Assembly (NCBI GenBank): GCA_046292385.1
Contig: JBKBRF010000024.1
Coordinates: 38,819-102,818, forward strand
DNA length: 64,000 bases
Origin: Armatimonadota bacterium
GTDB taxonomy: Bacteria > Armatimonadota > SYMT01
Reading direction: 5' to 3'
Program-made: the position numbers and the translations under genes
The notes under the pieces: model-generated
What the model was told of the DNA's origin: nothing
Seen by the model: only the letters and a program-made list of their open reading frames with translations
Databases searched by the model: none
Shown: positions 17,813-27,321 of the stretch, in pieces
Position numbering within the stretch: the stretch's first letter is position 1
Layout of the letters: each line of letters opens with the position of its first letter

Positions 17813-20629
17813 TTACGGGCGCCGTCTCCGCACCGGTCGCACGGTCAGCGACGCCCCCCCGGCGCTCTCTGCCGGCCGGGAGGGCTCCAGCTCCGGATCC
17901 GGGGCGACCGGCTTCTCCGTCGGCTTCTCCGCCGGCGACGCCTCCGGCGGCAGCGGCTTCTCCGGCCGGAGGGCGGCCGCTCCCGCACCGCTCCGGTCGA
18001 GCAGCACCACCAGGGGGGTGGCGACGAACACGGAAGAGTACGTTCCCACCACCGTGCCGAAGAGCAGCGCCACGTTGAACAGCCGCAGCGTCTCACCCCC
18101 GAACGCGACCATCGCTCCGAGCGCCAGCATGATGGCAAACGAGGTGTTGACGGAGCGATCGAAGCTCTCCGTCATACTGCGGTCGCTGATCTCGGCAAAC
18201 GTCTCTCCCTTGCGCCGGCGCGCCAGGTTCTCCCGGATCCGGTCGTAGATCACGATGGTGTCGTTGACCGAGAAGCCGAGGAGCCCCAGGCAGGCCGTGA
18301 GGAAGAGGCTGTCCACCGTCCAGCCGGCCAGGTAGCCCATCAGCGCGAAGAGACCGACCGTGAGCAGGACGTCGTGGAACAACGCGATCACGGCTCCGGC
18401 TCCGAACTTGAGCCCGTTGACGAAGCCGCCGATGGCGAAGCGGACCGCGAGGAAGAGCAGCATCGCGAAGGAAGCGATGATCGCGGCGAAGATCCCGTTC
18501 CGCGTGACCTCGGCGGCCACCGAGGGGCCGATCGAGCTGATGCGGGACATCGGCTCCACCGTGCCCCCGCCGAGCTTGCCCAGCGCCTCTCGTACCTTCT
18601 GGAGCTGCGTGGGCGGCAGCTCCCGGGTGGCGATCTCCGCAACGGAGATCCCGCCGCTCGCGGCGTGGCTCTCCGGCTCGACCTTCACTGTCAACCCGGG
18701 AAGCGGCAGTCCCTGCAGCGCTCCCCGGACCTGCGCCTCGCTCACTTCGGCGGTATAGACCGCCTTCGCGTTGAACGGCTTATGGCCCTCTACCGCCTGG
18801 TAGGCGGCCGGGTCGAAGCTCTCCAGCCCGACCGTCTCGCTCAGGCGCTCGCGGATCCGAGCGACCGTGGGGACGTCGACCTCGGGGACCGTCAACTGCA
18901 CGCGCGTCCAGGGCTGGGTGGAGCGCCCGACCCGCACGGTCGCGTCTTCCAGCCCCTGCTCGGCCAGCACGTCCGCGATCTGCTCCCGGGTGACGGTGCT
19001 GTTTCGGAACGCCACTTCCACCACGCTCCCGCCGGTGAAGTCGATCCCCGGCTTGAGCCCGGCACCGAACGGGGTGAGCGCGATGAGGAGCACCGACAAC
19101 ACCGCCCCGGCGGCGCTGATGCCGAGGTAGATCCGACGCCGCGCGAAGATCTGCATCACCCCGCCGCGGCGCCAGGCGGGGAAGAACAGGTTCAGCCAGC
19201 TGTTGTGGATCGCGTAGAGCGCCGGGTTCCTCGCCCACTCAAACTGGGTGACCGCCTGCAGCACGGTCCGCGTCACGCTCACGGCGGTGAACATCGCCAC
19301 CGCGTTGCCGAGGGCCAGCGTGATCGCGAAGCCTTTCACCATCGGGGTGCCGAGCCAGATCAGGACGGCGCTGATGATCCAGACGGTGACGTTCGAGTCG
19401 ACGATCGCGGTAAAGGCGCGGTTGAAGCCGACGTCGATGGCGTGCTGGAACGACTTGCCGGCTCGGAGCTCCTCCTTGATCCGCTCGAAGATCAGGACGT
19501 TTCCGTCCACCGCCATGCCGATGGAGAGGATGAACCCGGTGATGCCGGGGAGATCCAGCACGATCGGCGGAAAGACGCCGAGGCCTTTGAAGAGGGAGAA
19601 GGTGAGGGCGGCGTAGCCGACCAGCGCGAAACAGGCCACGAGCCCCGGAAGCCAGTAGTAGCCGAGCATGAAGAGCAGCACGATGCCGAGGCCGGCCACG
19701 CCCGCGCGGATACTCTGATCGATCGACTCTTGCCCCAGCGTCGCTCCCACCGTCTGCGTCTCGACCGGGACCAGCGGGATCGGCAGGGCGCCGGAGTTCA
19801 GGAGGTTGGAGAGCACCCGGGCCTCCGACATGGTGCGGAAGCCGCCGGAGATCTGGCCCCGCCCGCCGGTGATCGCCTCGTTGATCACCGGCGCGGAAAT
19901 GATCTGGCCGTCCAGGATGATCGCCAGGATCTCTCCCACGTTCTCCGTGGTGAAGTCGGCGAAGGCCCGGGCGCCGTCCGGCTCCATCTCGAACGAGACG
20001 TACGGCTCTCCGGTGTTCGGGTCGATCTGGGGGTCCGAGTTGGGCTTGAGCGCGTCCCCTTTGAGGATCAGCTGCGAGCTCTCGAGCACCTCGGAGGCGG
20101 GTACCGGCTGGTTCGTCGCCGTATCCACGAAGCTATACCGCTCCGGCTCCCGCCCGTCCGGCGAGCCGGAGGTATGGGTCATCCGGTACCGGGCACCGGG
20201 GTTCCGGTTCGACTGCACCCCGACCAGGTGCCGGAACTCGAGCTGGGCGACGGTGACCAGTGCTTCCAGCGCATCCTGGGGCTTTCGCGCTCCCGGCAGG
20301 AGCACGAGGACCTGGTCTCCTCCCTTGAGGCGGACCTCGGTCCCGGAGAGACCGAACGAGTTCACCCGGTTCTCCAGCACGCTCCGGACGCGCTGCATCG
20401 TCTCGGCGTTGAGGGTGTTCCCGGCCAGCTTGTCGCGGTCCGGCGCCAGGGTCACCCGCATTCCGCCGCGGAGGTCCAGGCCCAGGGCCACGGGGAACTG
20501 GGGCGACAGGCTATACCAGATGGCGGCGGCGATCAGCGCCAGCACCGCCACGAATAGGACACGTGGTTTCAAGTTGCTCTCCCGATCTACGAAGGAGGGG
20601 ACCGCGCGCCGCGGGACCGGGGTCGACAT
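17813..20629 (-). CDS. secDF: Fused protein translocase subunit SecDF
   Basis: LGLDLRGG, RVNSFG, LNSGALP, IGMAVDGNVLIFERIKEEL (SecD); GIDFTGG, IGPSV, ALFHD, GFSVNDTIVIYDRIREN (SecF). Alternative start TTG 20572 after GGGAGAG. Confidence 0.96.
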   Translation of the reverse strand: MSTPVPRRAVPSFVDRESNLKPRVLFVAVLALIAAAIWYSLSPQFPVALGLDLRGGMRVTLAPDRDKLAGNTLNAETMQRVRSVLENRVNSFGLSGTEVRLKGGDQVLVLLPGARKPQDALEALVTVAQLEFRHLVGVQSNRNPGARYRMTHTSGSPDGREPERYSFVDTATNQPVPASEVLESSQLILKGDALKPNSDPQIDPNTGEPYVSFEMEPDGARAFADFTTENVGEILAIILDGQIISAPVINEAITGGRGQISGGFRTMSEARVLSNLLNSGALPIPLVPVETQTVGATLGQESIDQSIRAGVAGLGIVLLFMLGYYWLPGLVACFALVGYAALTFSLFKGLGVFPPIVLDLPGITGFILSIGMAVDGNVLIFERIKEELRAGKSFQHAIDVGFNRAFTAIVDSNVTVWIISAVLIWLGTPMVKGFAITLALGNAVAMFTAVSVTRTVLQAVTQFEWARNPALYAIHNSWLNLFFPAWRRGGVMQIFARRRIYLGISAAGAVLSVLLIALTPFGAGLKPGIDFTGGSVVEVAFRNSTVTREQIADVLAEQGLEDATVRVGRSTQPWTRVQLTVPEVDVPTVARIRERLSETVGLESFDPAAYQAVEGHKPFNAKAVYTAEVSEAQVRGALQGLPLPGLTVKVEPESHAASGGISVAEIATRELPPTQLQKVREALGKLGGGTVEPMSRISSIGPSVAAEVTRNGIFAAIIASFAMLLFLAVRFAIGGFVNGLKFGAGAVIALFHDVLLTVGLFALMGYLAGWTVDSLFLTACLGLLGFSVNDTIVIYDRIRENLARRRKGETFAEISDRSMTESFDRSVNTSFAIMLALGAMVAFGGETLRLFNVALLFGTVVGTYSSVFVATPLVVLLDRSGAGAAALRPEKPLPPEASPAEKPTEKPVAPDPELEPSRPAESAGGASLTVRPVRRRRP

Positions 20630-20776
20630 CGCGGCGGGGTCGGACGCAGCCGCAGGCGCTGGCGTGGCGTGCCGGGAGTCGACCGGCCGCCTGCCACTGC
20701 CCGGCGGGCAGGGTAGCTCCAGGCTCCGCCGCGCCGCAGCGCGAATTCGGCTTCAGCAGGGCGGGAGCGAAGTGGA

Positions 20777-21133
20777 TCAGGAGAGGCAGGGAGGCGCCCG
20801 AGGGGCCCTGCCGGTCCGGCGCAGCCGGAGCAGCGCCGCGGAGGCTTCGGCTCCGCGGTCTTCGCCGGTGAGCTGGACCGCGAGCGCGACGCGATCGCTG
20901 GAGAGGATCGGCCAGAAGCCGTCCGTCGTTCCCGCCGGCGCCCGCTGCGAGAGGCGCGTGAGCACCTCCGGCGGAATTCCCTGCGCCTGGCTGGTAAGGC
21001 CGCCCTGCTGCTGTTGAGCGAAGGAAGGGAGCTCGGCGGCGGCTGGCAGCGTTAGGCCGGTCGCAGGCGCTGCCCCCGCGGATCCGAGGACCAGCGTGAG
21101 GTAGAGCAGCCAGAACCAGGAACGTGGCAGCAT
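20777..21133 (-). CDS. Putative secretion-monitor arrest peptide upstream of secDF (signal peptide + C-terminal RAPP)
   Basis: MLPRSWFWLLYLTLVLGSAGAAPA signal-like N-terminus; C-terminus GRAPRAPPCLS*; directly upstream of and co-oriented with secDF. Confidence 0.7.
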   Translation of the reverse strand: MLPRSWFWLLYLTLVLGSAGAAPATGLTLPAAAELPSFAQQQQGGLTSQAQGIPPEVLTRLSQRAPAGTTDGFWPILSSDRVALAVQLTGEDRGAEASAALLRLRRTGRAPRAPPCLS

Positions 21134-21140
21134 TGGGGCC

Positions 21141-21149
21141 AGTATAGCA
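21141..21149 (-). promoter_or_regulatory. Extended -10 promoter giving a leaderless mRNA for the RAPP ORF
   Basis: TGcTATACT ends 7 nt before ATG 21133. Confidence 0.6.
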
Positions 21150-21208
21150 GTTCTCGCGGCCGCCATGCGGGAGGGGCGCGGAAGTGAGCCCCCTCCCGCA
21201 TGGCGGCG

Positions 21209-21592
21209 CTAAGGCTCTCCCGGTCGAGATCGCTCGGCAGCCGCGGCCGCGGGAGGAGCGGGAGCGCCCTCTTCGGGTGCGGACGTGATCTTCAGCCCCA
21301 CGATCCCGGCCGCGATCAGCCCGATACAGAGGAGCCGCGACGCATGGTGAGGCTCATCGAGCACGACGATCCCGAAGATCACCGTGCCGACGGCGCCGAT
21401 TCCCGTCCATACGGCGTAAGCGGTGCCGACCGGCAGCTCTCGGATGGCGAGCGCGAGCAGGTAGACGCTCGCGCCCATGCAGGCGAGGGTGCCGACCGTC
21501 GGCCAGAAGCGGGTGAAGCCGGCGGTGTACTTCAGACCCACCGCCCAGCCGATCTCGAGCAGCCCCGCCAAAACAAGAATGACCCACGCCAT
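21209..21592 (-). CDS. sugE: SMR-family guanidinium exporter Gdx (SugE)
   Basis: MAWVILVLAGLLEIGWAVGLKYTAGFTR...PVGTAYAVWTGIGAVG; riboswitch upstream. Confidence 0.95.
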   Translation of the reverse strand: MAWVILVLAGLLEIGWAVGLKYTAGFTRFWPTVGTLACMGASVYLLALAIRELPVGTAYAVWTGIGAVGTVIFGIVVLDEPHHASRLLCIGLIAAGIVGLKITSAPEEGAPAPPAAAAAERSRPGEP

Positions 21593-21610
21593 GCGCTGAT
21601 CCTCCGGAGT

Positions 21611-21660
21611 GAAGGGGTCGTCCCCTTCGAAAGAGCAGCACACGCTGGGTCGTCCCAACG
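21611..21660 (-). ncRNA. Guanidine-II (mini-ykkC) riboswitch
   Basis: Two hairpins with ACGA loops, CGTTGGG-ACGA-CCCAGCG and GAAGGGG-ACGA-CCCCTTC, just before the GGAGG SD of gdx. Confidence 0.93.
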
Positions 21661-21778
21661 GAGCCAAAAGGCTAACGGATGGTAGTTGCCGAGGTGGACG
21701 GTCTGCCTGCCTCTGCTCCGCGGAGGATAACCGCGCAGGAGCAGGACTGTCAAGCTCGCGCGCCCGGTACCGGTTCGA

Positions 21779-21807
21779 TTGACAGGCCGGAGCGGCTTCG
21801 ATATAGT
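21779..21807 (+). promoter_or_regulatory. Sigma70-type promoter of the tRNA locus
   Basis: TTGACA-N17-TATAGT. Confidence 0.85.
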
Positions 21808-21897
21808 AATCTACGGTTCTACCCCGCTTGGTTGAGGGGGGCGAGACCAGATTCTACCGTTGATGTCCAGGCACAAAAGCCCGGTAGAAGCTACCAC

Positions 21898-21932
21898 GCG
21901 GGAGTAGTTCAGTGGTAGAACGTCAGCTTCCC
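21898..21932 (+). tRNA. tRNA-Gly(CCC), 5' half only (disrupted gene / att junction)
   Basis: GCGGGAGTAGTTCAGTGGTAGAACGTCAGCTTCCC gives acceptor strand, D arm, anticodon stem and CCC; similarity then stops, with no T arm or 3' acceptor strand. Confidence 0.85.
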
Positions 21933-22083
21933 CGCAATATCGCCCGAGGGAAGGGCGGTAGTGTTGGCGAAAGCACGGCGAATGGGCGGTAGAGTCGCCC
22001 CTCCGGAACGGTCGAGATAACCCATAGATTCGGAAGAGAGGCCCTCTTCTCCATGGCGCAGAGCCCGGAGATGGAGGGCTATT

Positions 22084-23136
22084 GTGTTTCTCAGTGACGC
22101 CGTTCACGACTACCTGCTCTACCTGCAGCACGAGCAGAACGCTTCCCCGCAGACCGTTCGCTGCTACCGCAACGCGCTCGGCCGGTTCGCCGATTGGCTC
22201 CGGGAGAACGGTCATCCCGCTGCCACGCTCGCGGACATCACCCCGCCCCTGGCCCGGCGGTATCTCTACCACCTGAACGAGACGGGCCTCCGCCCCCGGA
22301 GCCGCCTGCGCCTCTGGACGCCGATCCGCTCGCTCTTCCGGATGCTGGTCGACCTCCAGGTCGTGGAGGACAGCCCCGTGGAAAAGATCGCACTGCCGAA
22401 GAAGGACCCGCCCCAGCGGCTGCTCGTCTCGGACGAGGAGCTCTTGCAGGTCCTGGAAGCCGCGGGCCGGCAGCGCACGGCCTGGAGAGCCGCCCGGGAC
22501 CAGGCGGTACTCGCGGTCCTGATCTACACCGGCATCCGCCGCACCGAGAGCCTCGATCTGCGGGTCCAGGACGTGGATCTGTCCCGTCGGACGCTCTACG
22601 TGGCGCACGGCAAGGGGGACAAGGCCCGGACCGTACCACTATGTCGCGAAGTGAAAGAGTACCTGGCCCGCTGGCTCGAGTTGCGTCCGCCCGCGGAGTG
22701 CGACTGGCTCTTCGTCTATGGACGCACCCGTCGCCTCAGCTCGAACGGGCTGGCCCAGCTCCTGGAACAGGCGAAGCTCGTGGCGGGGCTCGGCAACGCC
22801 CCGAACATTAAGCCGCACTCGATCCGGCACCGCGCGGCAACCCGCCTGCTTCAGAACGGAGCCGATCTCCGCTCGGTCCAGGCGTGGCTCGGACACAGTC
22901 ATCTCTCCACGACGGCGGTCTACCTGCACTGTGACGAGAAGCGGCTCCAGTCGATCGCTCACTACGCTTCCTTCCAGCCGTCTCCGCCGGAGCCGGAGCC
23001 AGAGCCGGCTCCGCGGCCGGGGCCGTCCGTAAGTCAGAGCCAGCCCGAGCGGGGGCGCCTGCCCCACGGCGGAACCCAGGGCCGGCGCTTCGTCTCCCGC
23101 TATGAGCGGTCGCAGGACCGGGGAGGAACCCGCTGA
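22084..23136 (+). CDS. Tyrosine recombinase/integrase (XerC/D-like), intact
   Basis: N-terminal SPQTVRCY; catalytic GIRRTE, GKGDK, HSIRH, LGH, TAVY; GGAGGG SD. Confidence 0.95.
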   Translation: MFLSDAVHDYLLYLQHEQNASPQTVRCYRNALGRFADWLRENGHPAATLADITPPLARRYLYHLNETGLRPRSRLRLWTPIRSLFRMLVDLQVVEDSPVEKIALPKKDPPQRLLVSDEELLQVLEAAGRQRTAWRAARDQAVLAVLIYTGIRRTESLDLRVQDVDLSRRTLYVAHGKGDKARTVPLCREVKEYLARWLELRPPAECDWLFVYGRTRRLSSNGLAQLLEQAKLVAGLGNAPNIKPHSIRHRAATRLLQNGADLRSVQAWLGHSHLSTTAVYLHCDEKRLQSIAHYASFQPSPPEPEPEPAPRPGPSVSQSQPERGRLPHGGTQGRRFVSRYERSQDRGGTR

Positions 23137-23519
23137 TGGTGATTGGCCGACACCTGCTACACGTCGCGCTGGCAATCGAGGTGACGGTCGGAGCGGTGAC
23201 TGGACCGGACCGGGACGCAGAGGCTGCGGCGGAAGAGCTCCTGCACGCCGTCCTGGCAGATCCGGCGGCCCGCTCCTTCTTCCTGAGGCAGGCGGCCGCG
23301 ATCCCGTTCGTCGACTGGCCCGGCGGCACAACCCCGCAGGGACTGGAGTGGCTGAGCGAAGAACCACAGCACCTCGCCCGGGTTTTCGCGCGGCTATCCC
23401 CGGAGACGCGGGCGGCGCTCCCGTCAGAGGATGAGCACCAGAGCGAGGACGAACTCGATGCCTTCTACGCCGCCTTTCGCGCCCGCTTCATGAGCATCGA
23501 GGTGACGATCATGGAGTAA
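23136..23519 (+). CDS. Integrase-coupled hypothetical protein (127 aa)
   Basis: TGATG overlap with the integrase stop; a decayed paralog follows the second integrase. Confidence 0.8.
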   Translation: MVIGRHLLHVALAIEVTVGAVTGPDRDAEAAAEELLHAVLADPAARSFFLRQAAAIPFVDWPGGTTPQGLEWLSEEPQHLARVFARLSPETRAALPSEDEHQSEDELDAFYAAFRARFMSIEVTIME

Positions 23520-23643
23520 GCCGGCTGGGGGTGGAGCCGGTCCGGATCAGTGTTCTCTCCCGATCGGCCCACCCCGACAGCACTGTGAGGTTACCGGTGC
23601 TACGTCGGTGCGTGACTGGTAGAGCTCGGGGACGGGCGCGGGC

Positions 23644-23760
23644 GCTCTAAGGAAGCCGAAAAACCCGTTTCGTATCACGAGGACCCCATGGGGATGGAAG
23701 AGGGGGACGGCTTCTAATTGAGCCCACCCCCCTCTGTTTCCAGGGTCAGCTCTGCGCGGC
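23644..23760. repeat. Dispersed conserved element, copy 1
   Basis: 23644-23730 aligns without gaps to 53176-53262 (77/87 identical, manual count); both end in TCAG.TCTGCGCGGC. Confidence 0.9.
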
Positions 23761-23765
23761 AGGAT

Positions 23766-24566
23766 CCGCTACGCACTCCGACACGACCTGATGGAGCGGG
23801 ATCCGTTCCTGCACGTCGAGTTGCCGCTGAAGCGCGAGGTCCAGCGTCCTCACCTGTGCGAAGATCAGTTGAACGCGTTGGTGGCGGCCTCTGCGCACCT
23901 GGAGAAGCCCATCACCGTCCCATGGCGTGGGCCCTGCTGCTGACCCAAGTCGCCATCGGCATCCGCGTGAGTGAGCTTCTGAAGCTGACGGTAGCTGATC
24001 TCAACTTCGAGCAGCGCGTGGTCAAGATCCGGCTCGGCAAGGGCGGCAAGAGCCGAGAGGTGCCCCTGGGCGAGCGCACGGTGACTGCGCTGCGAGAGTG
24101 GTTGCACGTGCGTGAGCTGTGGCTGGCAACCCGCAATGGAGATCGGCGCGTACGCAGCAGCGTGCCGCAAGGGCTGTGGCTCGCCGATCGGAGCCGAGGT
24201 CTTTCCGTAGCGGCTGTGTCGGGCCTGCTGGACGAGGTGTGTTTCCACGCACATGTCGAGGTGCGGATCCGCATCCACGACTTGCGGGCGCTCACCGCGC
24301 AACGCTGGAAGCGGGATGGCGTTCCGATGGAGGTGATCCAGACCTGGCTCGGCCACTCGGACCCGGGCACCACGAAGGTGTATGTGCGAAGCGCCTGTGC
24401 CGATACCCGGGAATGGGCACGGCGTTGTGACCTCCCGCTGACGCCCGAACAGGGTCGAGCTGCACCGAGCCGTCCTCCAGTCGGCCAGACCGAGGCCCCA
24501 CCGGCTGCGCCAGAGCCCAATCGTCCGGAGCGTCGCTGGAACCACTCGACCTGCTGGAGATGCTGA
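23766..24566 (+). pseudogene. Second tyrosine recombinase, 5'-truncated and frameshifted
   Basis: Catalytic part GIRVSE/GKGGK/HDLR/LGH/TKVY in one frame; linker RYALRHDLMERDPFLHVELPLKREVQRPHLCEDQLNALVAA in another frame, shifting near 23908; most of the N-terminal domain is absent. Confidence 0.85.
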
Positions 24567-24713
24567 CGGAGCTTCAACGGCTGGAGGAGCGTTATCCCCT
24601 GCTGCGACTGCTCCGGACGGGAAGTGTTCAGATCTCGACCCGAACGACCGCGACTTGACCAGCGCCGGTGCTTCCCAGTTGGACAACTCCCTCGTCGTCA
24701 CCATCGGCTGGTA

Positions 24714-24983
24714 GCGGTGTTCTCAGATCCAGGCGCTGGGAACCCCTTCATTCGGCAAGCTGCCTAAATCCGGTTCGTCGACGGGCCCGGCGGAGCTCGG
24801 CTCCACGGGCTGGAGTGGCTCTGAGACGAGCAGCAGCGCCTCGCCGGCGTTCTTGCTCGGCCGTTCCCAAGGCTCGAGCCGCACTCCGTCCCGTCGAAGA
24901 GTACGACAGCCACGGCGGACTCGATACCTTCTATTAGGCCTCTCGCGCTTCCTATGTCAACGTGGGGGGTATCCTTCGCCGAA
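24714..24983 (+). pseudogene. Decayed paralog of the 127-aa integrase-coupled ORF
   Basis: AVFSDPGAGNPFIRQAA*IRFVDGPGGARLHGLEWL*DEQQRLAGVLAR / RAAL...DTFY*ASRASY versus AVLADPAARSFFLRQAAAIPFVDWPGGTTPQGLEWLSEEPQHLARVFAR / RAAL...DAFYAAFRARF. Confidence 0.85.
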
Positions 24984-25028
24984 GGCACTCCGCTGTCTGG
25001 TGTTGGAGCCACGGGGAGCCACACCAGC

Positions 25029-25559
25029 CTAACCCGCCAGACCGCGATCCCGCGACCGTTGAAGGGCGGAAGCGGTATCCGTCGCACGCATGGCAGAGCG
25101 GATCAGTACGCCGCCGAGCAGGATCAGCAGCACGCTGACTCCCAGGTAGACGTAATCGTAGATCGACACTCCGAGCCGCTCCACCACGTGATGCAGGTGG
25201 AGGATGTGGTGGTCCAGGACCCCTTCTACCAGGTTAAAGACCCCCCAGCCCAACACAAGCGAGCCGACGAGGGCGCGGGTCGACAGTGGCACCTCCGGCC
25301 GCCGGACGGCGCACCAGAGCGTTCCCAGGCCGAGGGCCGTCGTGAGCCAGGTGAACGCGTGGAAGAGACCGTCCCAGAACATGTTGATCTCCACGTTCGT
25401 CACGGTGGTCTTTGGGCGCACGGCGGACATCATATTGTGAAGTTGGAGCAACTGGTGCAGCAGGATACCGTCCAGAAATCCGCCCAGTCCAGCGCCGAGC
25501 AGGGTGCCGGCGGCGACTAGCGGCCCGAAGTTTCGACCCCGAGGTGACGGTGCTGGCAT
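25029..25559 (-). CDS. DUF2243-family membrane protein
   Basis: GLGGFLDGILLHQLLQLHNM, WDGLFH, GWGVFNLVEGVLDHHILHLHHV. Confidence 0.88.
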   Translation of the reverse strand: MPAPSPRGRNFGPLVAAGTLLGAGLGGFLDGILLHQLLQLHNMMSAVRPKTTVTNVEINMFWDGLFHAFTWLTTALGLGTLWCAVRRPEVPLSTRALVGSLVLGWGVFNLVEGVLDHHILHLHHVVERLGVSIYDYVYLGVSVLLILLGGVLIRSAMRATDTASALQRSRDRGLAG

Positions 25560-25581
25560 TGGTGGTCCTTTAGAGATCGCT

Positions 25582-25839
25582 CTACGGGGGGGACGCCCGG
25601 ATCCCGTTTGCCGAAAGACCGTGGTAAAGCGTGACCGCCAGCCCGAGATAGACCGGGAACGGCAGCAGTAACAACAGCGCATTGCGCCAGAAACGCTCGT
25701 CGAAGATCCCCTGCCGGACCTGTATCCCGGTATCGGTGGCGCAGACTGGGCAGGCCGCGGCGGGAGCGGCGAACAGTACCGTGAGCGCCAGGAGCCCCAC
25801 CACTAGAGGCAGGAGCCGGCAACTGCGCTTTAGCTGCAT
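25582..25839 (-). CDS. Small exported/membrane protein with a CPVC motif
   Basis: Signal peptide, ACPVCATDTG, C-terminal hydrophobic helix; upstream of DUF2243. Confidence 0.7.
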   Translation of the reverse strand: MQLKRSCRLLPLVVGLLALTVLFAAPAAACPVCATDTGIQVRQGIFDERFWRNALLLLLPFPVYLGLAVTLYHGLSANGIRASPP

Positions 25840-27321
25840 CTCGCACTTTCTTTCTCGGGCTACCGACCTGTGCTCCCTTTACCCCTGAACAGTTGTTGCT
25901 ACGCAGCCATCCCCGCTCGGCATCCCCTACCTCCTGCTCCTCCGGGTTCGGACCGAAGAACCGCAGCCTGCCCGGGGCTCGGCTGAGTGGTGAACTCAGG
26001 TTTGGGGGCGGAGCCGTATGTCCCAGGCAGGGGACTCACGAAGCTCCGGACGCGTGTAGCGGCTTAGCAGCTGACGAGATGGAAGTAATGGTGACTGACA
26101 ACGCCCCGACGCGGGAGCGGCAGTGACGAACGACAACCAAATCTGAAGCCCGTATTGCCTCACCAGTTAATGTCACCCAACCAGACTGCCTGCCTCACGG
26201 GAAATGTTACCCGAGGACTCGCTCGCTAGCCCCGACGGCGACAGTCGAACCTCTCTGTCTTCGGCGGGCGCCGTCGGGGCGATCGGCGGAGCCGTGGTGG
26301 GGTCGGTGAGTATGACGGCAGGCAGCACGTCGGCGCTGCCGCCGGAGGGCTGACCGGTTAGAGCATCGGCATGACCGGCGGCTACGTGCTCGGCCTTGGG
26401 ACCGGCATGTTCCTCGCGATCGGGCTAATGAAGGCTCTGAGTTAACCTCACGGGCGGAAGGCTGCGGCTCAGGTTCGGCACACCCCCGGCCGAGTCCGCG
26501 TAACAGCAACACGGCAGTCACCTCAAGGCCACCCACCACCAGGCCGAACCCTGCTCTCAAGAGGCGGGACGGGGTATGGTCTCTGGCCCTGACGGGTCTG
26601 ATCCTCGTGGTCGCGGGCCTTGTAGGGCTCGCGATCGGCTCGGTGTTGCTTCTCCCGAGCCTCGGCCCCTCGGCCTGATCCAGGCGCACACGCCTAAACA
26701 CCCGTCGGCACGGCTTTACAGCGCCGTCGGGTCGTACCCCGGGGCGACGGCACGTGCGTTTCTTGCCGTGACCCTACTCGGGCTCGCGGGTACGCCATCG
26801 GTCTTTGAAGCGAAGAGCTCGAGTCCCAGCCGCTACCACCCCAGGGCACGTCCGGAACGATAGGTTGCGCGTGGTGGTGACGATCGTCACCTGCGTCGCC
26901 GCCGATCTGGTCCTGCGGGCGGGGCCTCAGCTTCAGGAGCGGGGCGATGAGTCAGGGAGCCACGACGCCAGATCACGTGCGGGAGACCGTCCTCGCAGCC
27001 TTCGCCCAGCGGTATGGAATGAACGGGCGGGCGAGGTGGCTCACATCCGAGCGGAGCGTTAGCCGGGCCGTACGGCGGACCGCCAATCGGCCGCAACTCG
27101 CCGATAACGGCTGCGTATGGGGCTTGTTTTGGGGGCGCACCAAGACTAGCACGAGCTCCTCGCTGACCCACCGGGTGGCGCTACCCACTGCTGCCCGCCA
27201 AGCGGACCCCAGCCACCTGCTCGCCAGAGGTGTTCGCTGAAACCATGGCCTACCTGGCGCGTGGCGCTCCTGGCGCTCTCCCGGGGTTTGCTCGGGGGGT
27301 GACTCGGCTCACACGCGCTGA

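Noticed and set aside
21933..23760. Group I or II intron interrupting tRNA-Gly
   Set aside because: No GTGYG 5' end, no recognisable group I core, no downstream exon, and the ORF is a tyrosine recombinase rather than an RT or homing nuclease.
25900..27300. Several short ORFs in the island
   Set aside because: No clear SD, motif or coding-like composition; probably decayed sequence.
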